A DNA stretch of 64,000 nucleotides from a virus (taxonomy: Duplodnaviria > Heunggongvirae > Uroviricota > Caudoviricetes): IMG/VR virus record IMGVR_UViG_3300029156_000001, positions 1 to 64,000 of that record; one strand, 5' to 3'. This document shows positions 36,481 through 44,435 of the stretch, one piece after another. The notes below the pieces were generated by a model that saw only the letters and a program-made list of their open reading frames with translations, was not told the DNA's origin and searched no databases. The translations under genes were made by a program, and so were the position numbers. How positions within the stretch are numbered: position 1 is the stretch's first letter; each line of letters begins with the position of its first letter.

Positions 36481-36501
36481 TAACACTCTCCGGGGTCGAG
36501 G

Positions 36502-36530
36502 TTGACAAACCTCGGCCCTGGAGGTATGTT
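36502..36530 (+). promoter_or_regulatory. sigma70-type promoter (TTGACA-17-TATGTT)
   Basis: gttgacaaacctcggccctggaggtatgtt immediately upstream of 36536 ORF. Confidence 0.45.
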
Positions 36531-36535
36531 ACATC

Positions 36536-36769
36536 ATGGCTCGCCATACTATCGGTAATCGGCGGGGTTCCGTTCGCGGTGCTCCCCCCGATGTCTACAT
36601 GGGCTTCATGGATGCGTCCGCTGGAGCCGAGGACGAGAAAGCTATCTGGGAGCCCGTGTTTCGCCTCCTCCGAAGTTGGGGAGGGTTCGCGGTCGCCTGG
36701 GTCCTGTTCTACTTTTTCATGGCAATTTTGTGGGCAATCGGTCTACTACCGGACGAGTTCGCAGGTTGA
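36536..36769 (+). CDS. small membrane protein
   Basis: 77 aa, C-terminal TM helix FAVAWVLFYFFMAILWAIGLL. Confidence 0.4.
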   Translation: MARHTIGNRRGSVRGAPPDVYMGFMDASAGAEDEKAIWEPVFRLLRSWGGFAVAWVLFYFFMAILWAIGLLPDEFAG

Positions 36770-36787
36770 GATAACCCGAGGGGCCGC

Positions 36788-36816
36788 TTGACAAAGGCGG
36801 CCCCTCGGTGTATACT
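36788..36816 (+). promoter_or_regulatory. sigma70-type promoter (TTGACA-17-TATACT) embedded in hairpin GAGGGGCCGC...GCGGCCCCTC
   Basis: cttgacaaaggcggcccctcggtgtatact; the -35 lies in the loop of a GC hairpin (terminator/promoter overlap). Confidence 0.45.
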
Positions 36817-36825
36817 AGAAGCGTT

Positions 36826-37047
36826 ATGAAGCTCGTCCCGAAAACCCGCAAGGGTAAGAACAAGATCGCTGAGGCGGGCACCGACCGCTGGCACGTCGTC
36901 GGCACGGCCGATAGCGTACAATGCCTTGGGAATCGTCCCGGCCTTTTGATCCGTCCGACGTTAGAACATCAGCCGCAACCCGATAAGCGGCGTTGGATTC
37001 TGGCCCAAAATGATCCTGATTTTGAGCTTGTCTGGGGAGAGGATTGA
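36826..37047 (+). CDS. hypothetical protein
   Basis: MKLVPKTRKGKNK... ATG 10 nt after -10; ORF track lists longer 36808 start. Confidence 0.35.
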   Translation: MKLVPKTRKGKNKIAEAGTDRWHVVGTADSVQCLGNRPGLLIRPTLEHQPQPDKRRWILAQNDPDFELVWGED

Positions 37048-37061
37048 GGGTATACTAAGCC

Positions 37062-37433
37062 ATGACCACTTATCGAATCAACTGGACGGATCGCACCGGC
37101 TACTACACCGAGATCGACGCCGATTCTCCCGAGGAGGCCCTGGAGTATTTCAACGATGGTCTCGACGGCGATGGCATCGAGCCCGACGGCTTCGCGGAAA
37201 GCGAGCCAGGCAGCATCGAGATCGCTCCGCTAGATAGTAACGGGGAGCCGATGGATCCGATCCCGCAGCCCCGTACCTTCGCGGCTCTCTTGTCGCTGCT
37301 TTGCTTGCATTGTCCCGAGGGGACGATGGGGGAGGACCTCGACGGGCAACTGGTATTCTATACCGGTCTAAAAGAAACGACCGACAGAAACGTCGAGGCT
37401 TTCAAACCTGAGGACGAGGACGAGAATCCCTAA
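37062..37433 (+). CDS. hypothetical acidic protein
   Basis: 123 aa, Asp/Glu-rich; preceded by GGTATACT -10. Confidence 0.4.
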   Translation: MTTYRINWTDRTGYYTEIDADSPEEALEYFNDGLDGDGIEPDGFAESEPGSIEIAPLDSNGEPMDPIPQPRTFAALLSLLCLHCPEGTMGEDLDGQLVFYTGLKETTDRNVEAFKPEDEDENP

Positions 37434-37636
37434 AAAAGTAGGAGTCTCAGAATAAGTAGTTACAGGGAGAGAGGGCGACCCTCTCCCCCTGGGGGCGGAA
37501 AACAATTCCCCTGCCATAATGGCATACGAAAATTCTTCCGGCTGCCAATTTGGCGTCCCGCCGGAAGGTACTCTCCAACGGTAACAGTATAGCTCCCTTT
37601 GGCCACTTGTCAAGCTGAAAAACATTTGGATTTTTC

Positions 37637-37665
37637 GTTTGCATTTCTCGCTCCGCGTGGTATAA
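37637..37665 (+). promoter_or_regulatory. early-promoter module TTGCATTTCT-N-TGGTATAAT
   Basis: tttgcatttctcgctccgcgtggtataat; member of reiterated promoter family. Confidence 0.5.
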
Positions 37666-37671
37666 TCTGGC

Positions 37672-38322
37672 ATGAAACGAACGATCAAAGCACTCACGGA
37701 AGCGGTCGGGGGGCTCTCGAATCCCTCGAAAATGCCCGGCCTTTCCTACGGTATCCCTGCCGCCGCCTGCCCCGTGGGGGCGATCTTGCGACGGAACCCG
37801 GATAGCGTATGCGGATCCTGCTACGCTCACGGGGGCATGTACAATTTTCCGGTCGTGAAAGCGGCCCTTGCTCGCCGCCTGGAAATTCTTTCCGCCGACC
37901 TCGACCAATGGCGTCGGGATATGACGGAACTTCTTTCCCGGAAGTACGCCCGCAAGGCTGGCGATGCGAAAGTTTTTCGCTGGCACGATAGCGGTGACCT
38001 CCAGGGTGCGGAACATCTTTCGGTCATCGTCCAGATCGCGAAAGATCTTCCCGATGTCCGGTTCTGGCTCCCCACGAAGGAATATCGTACCGTGCGGGAA
38101 TGGGTGCGGACGAATGGGGAATTTCCTTCCAACCTCACGGTACGGATTTCGGCCCCGATGATCGGAGCGGAAAGCATTTCCAGTATTCCGGGAACGGTCG
38201 GGTCTACCGTGAACACCGGAACGGGTTTCCAATGCCCCGCCTACTCCCAAGGGGGAGAGTGCAAAAATTGCCGAGCGTGCTGGAGTCAGGAAAACGTTTC
38301 AGTAAACTACCCCTTGCATTAG
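37672..38322 (+). CDS. hypothetical Cys-rich protein (KMPGLSYG...CPVG...CGSCYAHGG)
   Basis: 216 aa; conserved-looking Cys cluster; no confident family assignment. Confidence 0.45.
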   Translation: MKRTIKALTEAVGGLSNPSKMPGLSYGIPAAACPVGAILRRNPDSVCGSCYAHGGMYNFPVVKAALARRLEILSADLDQWRRDMTELLSRKYARKAGDAKVFRWHDSGDLQGAEHLSVIVQIAKDLPDVRFWLPTKEYRTVREWVRTNGEFPSNLTVRISAPMIGAESISSIPGTVGSTVNTGTGFQCPAYSQGGECKNCRACWSQENVSVNYPLH

Positions 38323-38542
38323 CGGCGGGACAGGGTATACTATCACGGTCGAAGGGCCACGAGGACCCGAGACCGTAGAATCGAGACCCGCTAGCGTCGA
38401 AACGCGGGGGACACCGATAGGCTCCAATCGTCCGAAACAAGGGGTGGCCGTGCGGGGTCTATATATGGCAAGCCGGAACCGCATTTTTCGGCTGCCGTTT
38501 CTCTGACGCCCTGAGAGACCGCAGGACGAGGGTGGCCCAAAC

Positions 38543-38601
38543 GTGCGTGGCTTAGCTACGCGGGCTGGCGGTGCTGCCGCGAGAGCGGCCCACAGGCCGC
38601 C
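38543..38601. repeat. GC-rich palindromic repeat element, copy A
   Basis: GTGCGTGGCTTAGCTACGCGGGCTGGCGGTGCTGCCGCGAGAGCGGCCCACAGGCCGCC; copies at 39851-39905 and 43001-43059. Confidence 0.55.
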
Positions 38602-38633
38602 ATATGACAAATGCAATTTCAAGCATTCTCCGC

Positions 38634-38661
38634 TTGACGTTTGGGTAAGCGGAGGTATAAT
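38634..38661 (+). promoter_or_regulatory. sigma70-type promoter (TTGACG-16-TATAAT)
   Basis: cgcttgacgtttgggtaagcggaggtataat upstream of 38670 ORF. Confidence 0.5.
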
Positions 38662-38669
38662 GTAGTGCA

Positions 38670-38993
38670 ATGACATACCGAGAAACAATCGCCTGGATTT
38701 GGGAACGACCCGCGAGGGCTCTCAAAATTTACTTCGGCGGAAGCCGTACCGCTGCCATTCAAGAAATGTGCATCGGTTGCGTGGGTACCGCTCAAGAGGC
38801 CAAGAAATGCGTTTGCATCGATTGCCCTCTCTGGCCCTTCCGTCCCGGTGCGACCCGTGGCGAGGTGCCCGACTTCGTGCCGACTGAGGCCGAGCTACGT
38901 GCCCTGGCCGATGCCAAGGTGCCCGATGCCGTGCGGGCCAATGCGGCCCGAATGGGGAAGGCACGAGCCAAGGGCCGCGAAGAAACTTCTTGA
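38670..38993 (+). CDS. hypothetical Cys-rich protein
   Basis: 107 aa; CIGCVG...CVCIDCPLW. Confidence 0.4.
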   Translation: MTYRETIAWIWERPARALKIYFGGSRTAAIQEMCIGCVGTAQEAKKCVCIDCPLWPFRPGATRGEVPDFVPTEAELRALADAKVPDAVRANAARMGKARAKGREETS

Positions 38994-39016
38994 CTTCCCT
39001 CGTCAATAGTGTATAC
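38989..39016 (+). promoter_or_regulatory. sigma70-type promoter (TTGACT-16-TATACT)
   Basis: cttgacttccctcgtcaatagtgtatact. Confidence 0.5.
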
Positions 39017-39168
39017 TATTGACGTGGGAAAGAAAAAGAAAGAACGACTCCCGGCTGAGGTCGAGGAACTCAAAGCACGGGCGGCGGGAATGGCATTCGC
39101 CACCCGTGGGCGTGCTCGCCGTTTCAAGGATCGTAAGAAAGACGCCGACCGTAAGGCGTGCCGAGGAA

Positions 39169-39357
39169 ATGAAGCAAAAAACCACGATAACGATTAGTCG
39201 CCACGAGCTACTGGGCATCATTCGGGCTCATATCAATCTCTCGCAAAAGACCGTGGCTATCATTCCGAATGATGCGACGATTTCCGTAGAAACGGGCGAG
39301 TGCTACAATGCGACCGTGGAGGATCATAATCCTCTGGAAATTTCCTGGGAATCCTAG
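39169..39357 (+). CDS. hypothetical protein
   Basis: 62 aa from ATG with GAGGAAATG RBS; preceded by a ~58 aa Lys/Arg-rich ORF starting GTG 39024. Confidence 0.3.
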   Translation: MKQKTTITISRHELLGIIRAHINLSQKTVAIIPNDATISVETGECYNATVEDHNPLEISWES

Positions 39358-39438
39358 TTGCCCCGTTGTCGTTTCGGTGGTATACTGTAGTGTCGTTCAA
39401 TGAGGGACGACAACGAGATAACACCGAAAAGGATTCTC

Positions 39439-39783
39439 ATGCAAACGATCACTCAAGAACAAGCCGCCGCACGCATCCGTCAGTCCCGGGGCCGTTTGTT
39501 CGGCGTCACGTTCGTCAAGCGTTCCGACGGCTCGCTTCGCAACCTCACCGGCCGCCGTGGTGTCACCGCTGGCGTCAAGGGTGGCGGTAGCGGCTCCAAG
39601 TTCAACGCTGCGGCCCACAACCTCCTGACCGTGGCCGAGTTCGTCACGGACGAGGACACCCCCAGGGATGCCAAGGGGCGTTTCAACGGGGCGGGTAGCC
39701 TGGGCTACCAGTACCGCCATATCCCGATCGAGGGGATCCGGTCGCTTCGGATCGGTGGCGAAACCTTCGCAGTCGAAGCCTAG
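39439..39783 (+). CDS. hypothetical protein (Gly-rich central loop)
   Basis: MQTITQEQ... with AAGGA RBS; promoter GGTGGTATACT at 39378-39386. Confidence 0.4.
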   Translation: MQTITQEQAAARIRQSRGRLFGVTFVKRSDGSLRNLTGRRGVTAGVKGGGSGSKFNAAAHNLLTVAEFVTDEDTPRDAKGRFNGAGSLGYQYRHIPIEGIRSLRIGGETFAVEA

Positions 39784-39850
39784 TCCAAAGAACGGCATCT
39801 GTAGCCACCCAGGCGGCCCGAAAGGGCCGCCCACTAGTAGCCACAAAAAT

Positions 39851-39905
39851 GTGCGTGGCTTAGCTACGCGGGCAGAGCCCGCGTGGGGGAGAGGGCCGCA
39901 CAAGC
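39851..39905. repeat. GC-rich palindromic repeat element, copy B (partial)
   Basis: GTGCGTGGCTTAGCTACGCGGGCAGAGCCCGCGTGGGGGAGAGGGCCGCACAAGC. Confidence 0.5.
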
Positions 39906-39931
39906 GGCTTGCTTGAAATCGAAAAATCTAT

Positions 39932-39960
39932 TTGCATTTCTAGCTTCGCTAAGGTATACT
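39932..39960 (+). promoter_or_regulatory. early-promoter module TTGCATTTCT-N-GGTATACT
   Basis: tttgcatttctagcttcgctaaggtatact. Confidence 0.5.
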
Positions 39961-39965
39961 GTGGC

Positions 39966-40169
39966 ATGAAGTACGTGATCAACAGAGGCCCCTTCGATGC
40001 CACCGTCGATGAGGCCCGTGAGAGTGGGCAGCGACTCGGCCAGTGGTTCGTAAACAACCTCCTGACTGATACGCTTGTCGAGGGCCGTGAGGATACGCCC
40101 CGCCTGTTCTACTGTGAGGATTGTGATTTTCCCACAGTAGTTCTTGACTTCGTGACGATTCTGGAGTAG
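39966..40169 (+). CDS. hypothetical protein
   Basis: MKYVINRGPFDATVDEARESGQRLGQWF...; 67 aa. Confidence 0.35.
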   Translation: MKYVINRGPFDATVDEARESGQRLGQWFVNNLLTDTLVEGREDTPRLFYCEDCDFPTVVLDFVTILE

Positions 40170-40178
40170 AATATAGTC

Positions 40179-40679
40179 ATGAAGCTGACAAAAGGAGCAA
40201 TTCTTGTGCGTGCTCGCCGCATCATCGATGAGACCATCGAGCGATGCCCGCAGTATGCGGACAAACTTCGGAGCATTCGTTTTGAGGTCTCGGGTCGCAT
40301 GACGGCCTGTGCTGGAAAAGCGTTCTACGCTCGCAACCTCGTCAAGCTCTCGCTGCCGTATTTCGCGGACGAGGGTAACGCCGACTCTCACCTGTTCGAG
40401 ACCGTTACACACGAGGCCGCTCACCTCGTCATGGGGCCGGGTTACGGTCATGGTGGCCTGTGGAAACGATGTCACCGGGAGATGGGTGGCAAGGGCGAAC
40501 GGTGTCATAGCCTGGAGCTTGCTAGTGGCTACACTCGCCGCAAGAGTCAAGCCCGGGTAGAGTCTCAATGTTCGCGGTGCGATCAGCCCATCACGCTCGG
40601 CCCACGCCAAGCCAAAAAGCATGAGGCCCTGAGAGCGGCGGGACGAGAGGGCTACCGTCACCGTCAGTGTCCGCGATAA
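40179..40679 (+). CDS. SprT-like zinc metalloprotease-domain protein
   Basis: HEAAHLV (HExxH) in SprT-like context, C-terminal Cys-rich zinc ribbon. Confidence 0.5.
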   Translation: MKLTKGAILVRARRIIDETIERCPQYADKLRSIRFEVSGRMTACAGKAFYARNLVKLSLPYFADEGNADSHLFETVTHEAAHLVMGPGYGHGGLWKRCHREMGGKGERCHSLELASGYTRRKSQARVESQCSRCDQPITLGPRQAKKHEALRAAGREGYRHRQCPR

Positions 40680-40699
40680 ACAAAATTCCCAGGGGTCGC

Positions 40700-40727
40700 T
40701 TGACTTTGCGACCCCTGGGAGTATAAT
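40700..40727 (+). promoter_or_regulatory. sigma70-type promoter (TTGACT-16-TATAAT)
   Basis: cgcttgactttgcgacccctgggagtataat. Confidence 0.5.
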
Positions 40728-40732
40728 GGGAC

Positions 40733-40942
40733 ATGAACTTCAACGGAGCAATGCGAAAAGATGCCGTGACCGTCAACGCCGACGGCACCTATACCGTCAA
40801 AGGTGGCGGGTGGTTCTGGGTACGCATCCAGCGGACGGATAGCGGCCTCTCCGTGATCGAGACTCCCCAGGGCATGATGGCTAAGCCAGCGGCCCGCCTG
40901 TTCGTGACACGGGCCAAGAGAACGGTCGAGAGACACTTTTGA
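40733..40942 (+). CDS. hypothetical protein
   Basis: 69 aa ORF 5 nt after -10. Confidence 0.35.
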   Translation: MNFNGAMRKDAVTVNADGTYTVKGGGWFWVRIQRTDSGLSVIETPQGMMAKPAARLFVTRAKRTVERHF

Positions 40943-41034
40943 CAATCTCACAATTCTATTTGCTTTTTCGAGCCCTGTGGGTATACTGTATTCATGTAAG
41001 CGAAATGGTACAAAGCAGATGGGGAAACCTGCGT

Positions 41035-41217
41035 GGCACTGATCCCCGAGACGCCCGAGGAACTCCGAGGGCTGCTCGCTGTCTATGGTGGCGAAGCCTA
41101 TTGCCCTGATTGTGAGGCTGCCCTAGACGACGTTCTAGCACCGGTCTGCCCCACCTGTGGGGAGGGTGTTGGTTGTGCCCCTGAGTATACGCCCGTGAGG
41201 GATAAACAATGAGTGCG
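41035..41217 (+). CDS. small zinc-ribbon protein with GTG start (not in ORF track)
   Basis: hand translation VALIPETPEELRGLLAVYGGEAYCPDCEAALDDVLAPVCPTCGEGVGCAPEYTPVRDKQ; two CxxC pairs; downstream of TGTGGGTATACT promoter. Confidence 0.3.
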
Positions 41218-41393
41218 GTCGAGAGATATCGGCACGCCGTTGCTGAGAAATCCAGAGCGGAAGAGTATCGTCGTACTGCTGTCCAGCATTGTGATACCTA
41301 CCGTGCAATACATCGGCTGCGATACTGGACAAATGAGGTCCGCGAAGCACTCGAAGCCCTTGACAAATCGTTATTGCGTGGTACAATAGAAGC

Positions 41394-41651
41394 ATGAAGC
41401 AACTAACACGAGATGAGGCCGAAGCACAGGCCACTCAGATTTTCTACAGAATCAACCTCCTGGCTGCCATGATGCAGCGAGTCTTGGTTGCTGCTGTTGC
41501 CAAGCCGCACGAAGCCCATTCATGGACCGTGGTTGGTAAGACCATCGAGGCCAGAGTGGCAAAGATGAAAGATACCTTCAAGCTGTTTGCCATGTGGGCT
41601 CTCCCGGAGTATACTGGCGACGATGCCCTCGATAACCAACAATCGTCTTAG
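41394..41651 (+). CDS. hypothetical protein
   Basis: 85 aa; overlaps stop of upstream 62 aa ORF (ATGA). Confidence 0.35.
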   Translation: MKQLTRDEAEAQATQIFYRINLLAAMMQRVLVAAVAKPHEAHSWTVVGKTIEARVAKMKDTFKLFAMWALPEYTGDDALDNQQSS

Positions 41652-41819
41652 GCGGTACGCCGCAAGGCACGAGCCTACGCCCGATGGTGACGCCTTAGAT
41701 GTGGGTGTGCAAATGGGCAAGGCTTGTGGCCTATTCGTGCTCCTGCTGCCCGTCTCAGTTTTCATAGCAATACTCTGGGTAGAACTTGCACAACGACTAG
41801 GGTAGAGTATACTAAAGAC

Positions 41820-41993
41820 ATGAAGCAACAAGCAGCAAGGTTTTGGGTGTGGAACGTGTATCGGTTGAGCGGTCGCCTCATTGATACCGTGTTCACGGTT
41901 CCCGACATGACCAACGAAGAAGTAACACGCGGCCTCATTGACCACGACGGCTACCCCGCCGATATCATCGTGAGACGTGAGGTGAAGCAGTAG
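41820..41993 (+). CDS. hypothetical protein
   Basis: MKQQAARFWVWNVYRL...; promoter TTGCAC-17-TATACT at 41785-41813. Confidence 0.35.
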   Translation: MKQQAARFWVWNVYRLSGRLIDTVFTVPDMTNEEVTRGLIDHDGYPADIIVRREVKQ

Positions 41994-41998
41994 AAACA

Positions 41999-42032
41999 CC
42001 GGGGGTTCAATTTCCCCCGATTCTTTGTCGTT
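41999..42032 (+). terminator. intrinsic terminator
   Basis: CCGGGGGTTCAATTTCCCCCG hairpin then ATTCTTTGTCGTT; second hairpin CCGGGGCGGCAGG...CTGTCGCCCCGG + TTATTT at 42041-42080. Confidence 0.5.
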
Positions 42033-42511
42033 GCTTCATACCGGGGCGGCAGGTTTGACGGCCTGTCGCCCCGGTTATTTGTGCCCCTAGGAACGTAGTT
42101 CCAGAAATCGTACGAGTGTCGAAATGTGCCTTTTAATGGGCTCATGCACCCTACCCCCGTACGCACTACTGCGTATGAAATTCTTTCCTAGGTACTAACC
42201 CCTAAGAAGAACTTTCCCTGTCATATTGACAGTGCGTCTGCCAGATTGGCAGGAAAATGTTTCAGGGTAGATTTGGCCGTTTCCTATCAGGTTTCCTAGC
42301 TCACACGTCGATAAGAGGGGTAGGCAAGGAGGACATAGAAAATGATTATCGCACTCGTTAGCATCGTGGCCCTTGAGGTACTCTACTGGATGGAGATGGC
42401 CGAGGTCCGCAAAATCTTGCGGCAATAATTTCCAGCAATCAATAATCAAGAATCACTGGCCAACAACCGATAAGGGGGTATACTGTGGCAACGGTAACGC
42501 AAGGAAACGGC

Positions 42512-42703
42512 ATGGATACATTCAAGGGACTGCTCCCCTCAGGGGATTGCATCGAGGCAACCCGCAAGCTCAAGGCCCTAGAGGCCGCCGCCAGCGATGG
42601 CCAGCCCGTCTATGCGGAGATGGCCGCCCGGATCGAGGCTCGCCGGATCGAGCGAGCACAAGCCCTCCTGAGAGCCGCTCTCAAGAAGGGGGCTCAGGGG
42701 TGA
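42512..42703 (+). CDS. hypothetical protein
   Basis: MDTFKGLLPSGDCIEATRKLKALEAAAS...; GGGGGTATACT -10 at 42478. Confidence 0.35.
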   Translation: MDTFKGLLPSGDCIEATRKLKALEAAASDGQPVYAEMAARIEARRIERAQALLRAALKKGAQG

Positions 42704-43000
42704 GGGGCTGGCGTAGGCGGTGGGTACGCTTGTGCCGATGGGTGACCCGGGCACCGGATAGGAGAAAATCCAGATAGCCCACAAGTATACCCCCGTGCCT
42801 ACCGATAAGGTAGGTATGGAAACGATCAAAGCAAACGGGAATATCATCCTCCTCCTGTCCTTCGTCTGCACTGTGGGGTACGGCCTTGTTCGCCTGGCCT
42901 CCATGCTGCAAACGCTCCAGCAAGGTTGATTTTTCAGAAACGGGCCTAGCCCACGCTATGATACGCCCCAATTGCCGTAGGTGAGAGGCCGCCTAAATCA

Positions 43001-43059
43001 GCGTAGCTTAGCCACGCGGGCGGGCGGTGCTGCTAGCACGGGCCACTAGAGGCCGCCTC
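43001..43059. repeat. GC-rich palindromic repeat element, copy C (core in inverted orientation)
   Basis: GCGTAGCTTAGCCACGCGGGCGGGCGGTGCTGCTAGCACGGGCCACTAGAGGCCGCC. Confidence 0.55.
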
Positions 43060-43099
43060 AGGGTAGATTAGATTTTTGCTATTTTCAGCTTGCATTTCT

Positions 43100-43127
43100 C
43101 CCCCTGTGGGGTATAATAGAATATGGA
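43100..43127 (+). promoter_or_regulatory. early-promoter module TTGCATTTCT-N-GGGTATAAT
   Basis: cttgcatttctccccctgtggggtataat. Confidence 0.5.
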
Positions 43128-43326
43128 AACAGAAACGCTCTACATCGTGGAACACGACGACTCCGACGACGACTGCAAGCGTAGTAGCTACTACCTCGCA
43201 CGCACACCCCACGCATGGCAGGATTCGGATTTCCTCGCCTGCCTCTCCATGTGTGCCCTCAGTTCGCGAGGGGTGGAGGAGAGGGCTCGCAAGCTGTACC
43301 CCACGGCCGATATCAGGTGGGCATAG
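43123..43326 (+). CDS. hypothetical acidic protein
   Basis: 67 aa, leaderless-like (ATG overlapping -10). Confidence 0.3.
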   Translation: METETLYIVEHDDSDDDCKRSSYYLARTPHAWQDSDFLACLSMCALSSRGVEERARKLYPTADIRWA

Positions 43327-43344
43327 GAATATTCGATTTCTAGC

Positions 43345-43372
43345 TTGCATTATCCCCCCACTGTGGTATACT
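43345..43372 (+). promoter_or_regulatory. early-promoter module TTGCAT-16-TATACT
   Basis: cttgcattatccccccactgtggtatact. Confidence 0.5.
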
Positions 43373-43416
43373 GTCAGCGAGTCAAGAGAACAACACCCCA
43401 CACAAGGAAACGAACC

Positions 43417-43650
43417 ATGCAACACGCGATCAACACGAAGGAAAACGGCGGCCGATTCCATGACAAGCACACCCTGGCCAACGCCCGGGAGTTCATGGCC
43501 CGCCGCAAGAGGGGTAATCAGGAAAAGGCTCCCCTTAGGCTCGTGGGCACCAATCAAGGTGGACGAGTCGAGGGGGGCCGCCTGTGCCTCACCCTGGAGG
43601 CCGCATTGACCGACATGGCCAAGATCATGGGCCGTGCCCCGAGCAAGTAG
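43417..43650 (+). CDS. hypothetical protein
   Basis: MQHAINTKENGGRFHDKHT...; AAGGAAAC RBS. Confidence 0.35.
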   Translation: MQHAINTKENGGRFHDKHTLANAREFMARRKRGNQEKAPLRLVGTNQGGRVEGGRLCLTLEAALTDMAKIMGRAPSK

Positions 43651-43749
43651 ACAGCACACGAGAGCCGTAAGTACGAATGGGTGAGGCCCACCAAAGCCTG
43701 TAAATCCTGAATCGCAGTAAGACTCTCTCGCACACGTTTCGTTTCCGTG

Positions 43750-43793
43750 GACCCCATCCTTTCCGGCCCGATCCGGAGGGTGTGGGGTTTTTT
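43750..43793 (+). terminator. intrinsic terminator closing the plus-strand early block
   Basis: CCCCATCC...CCGGCCCGATCCGG...GGGTGTGGGG hairpin followed by TTTTTT. Confidence 0.55.
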
Positions 43794-43871
43794 CGTTTAT
43801 GGGAAATTCTTTCCGCTCGGAGGGGCCCAGGGTACCTTATACACAGGGCGACACAGTTTTCCAGTTAGTAC

Positions 43872-44417
43872 CTACTCAGCTATTTCGGTGTGCGAACGGA
43901 CACCCAACACCTCAAGTGTTCGCAACTGCTCTACAGAATAGAATTCATGAGGCGGCTGTATACCTTTGGTGCCATTACAAATATCACAAAGAATTACGGC
44001 ATTACTATGAGTAAGCGGCATTCCTAGATGTTGTGGTACGTGATGATCAACCTGTAGGTCTCGATCTACCGTACCACAATTGAAGCATTTGTTTTCAAAG
44101 CGAGTGAAGACTTGTTCAAAATCCATGACCGCAAACGTTTCAATGACACCGTGCTTTTTACCGCGTCGTTTTACGCGACTAACACGGCTGACCATTTGGC
44201 GACGGCGAGCGTTTTGACGGTATAGAATAGCGTACTTTTCTTTGCCACCACCCTCATGATACTCTATGTGTTTCTGATGGCGATTTTTCTCATATGCACG
44301 ACTATTCTGTTCACTCAGGCATACACGACATAAGCGATGTTGACCGTCCTTCTGATATTTATCTTTACAGAAGTCTGTCGTAGGTTTCAAAGTCTTACAA
44401 CGCGAACACACTTTCAT
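43872..44417 (-). CDS. HNH endonuclease
   Basis: CFNCG...QVDHHVPQ...HSNAVILCDICN. Confidence 0.7.
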   Translation of the reverse strand: MKVCSRCKTLKPTTDFCKDKYQKDGQHRLCRVCLSEQNSRAYEKNRHQKHIEYHEGGGKEKYAILYRQNARRRQMVSRVSRVKRRGKKHGVIETFAVMDFEQVFTRFENKCFNCGTVDRDLQVDHHVPQHLGMPLTHSNAVILCDICNGTKGIQPPHEFYSVEQLRTLEVLGVRSHTEIAE

Positions 44418-44435
44418 TGATGAATCGTGTGCTTC

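Noticed and set aside
35368-36486. 372-aa minus-strand ORF (and plus-strand ORFs 35900-36382, 36120-36401) overlapping the 35392-36480 gene
   Set aside because: High-GC antisense shadow frames with Arg/Gly/Pro-rich low-complexity translations and no RBS. The plus-strand 35392-36480 frame has an AGGAG RBS and a sensible composition.
37447-38250. 267-aa minus-strand ORF opposite the 37672-38322 gene
   Set aside because: Lies antisense within the promoter-driven plus-strand early block; Arg/Gly-rich shadow frame.
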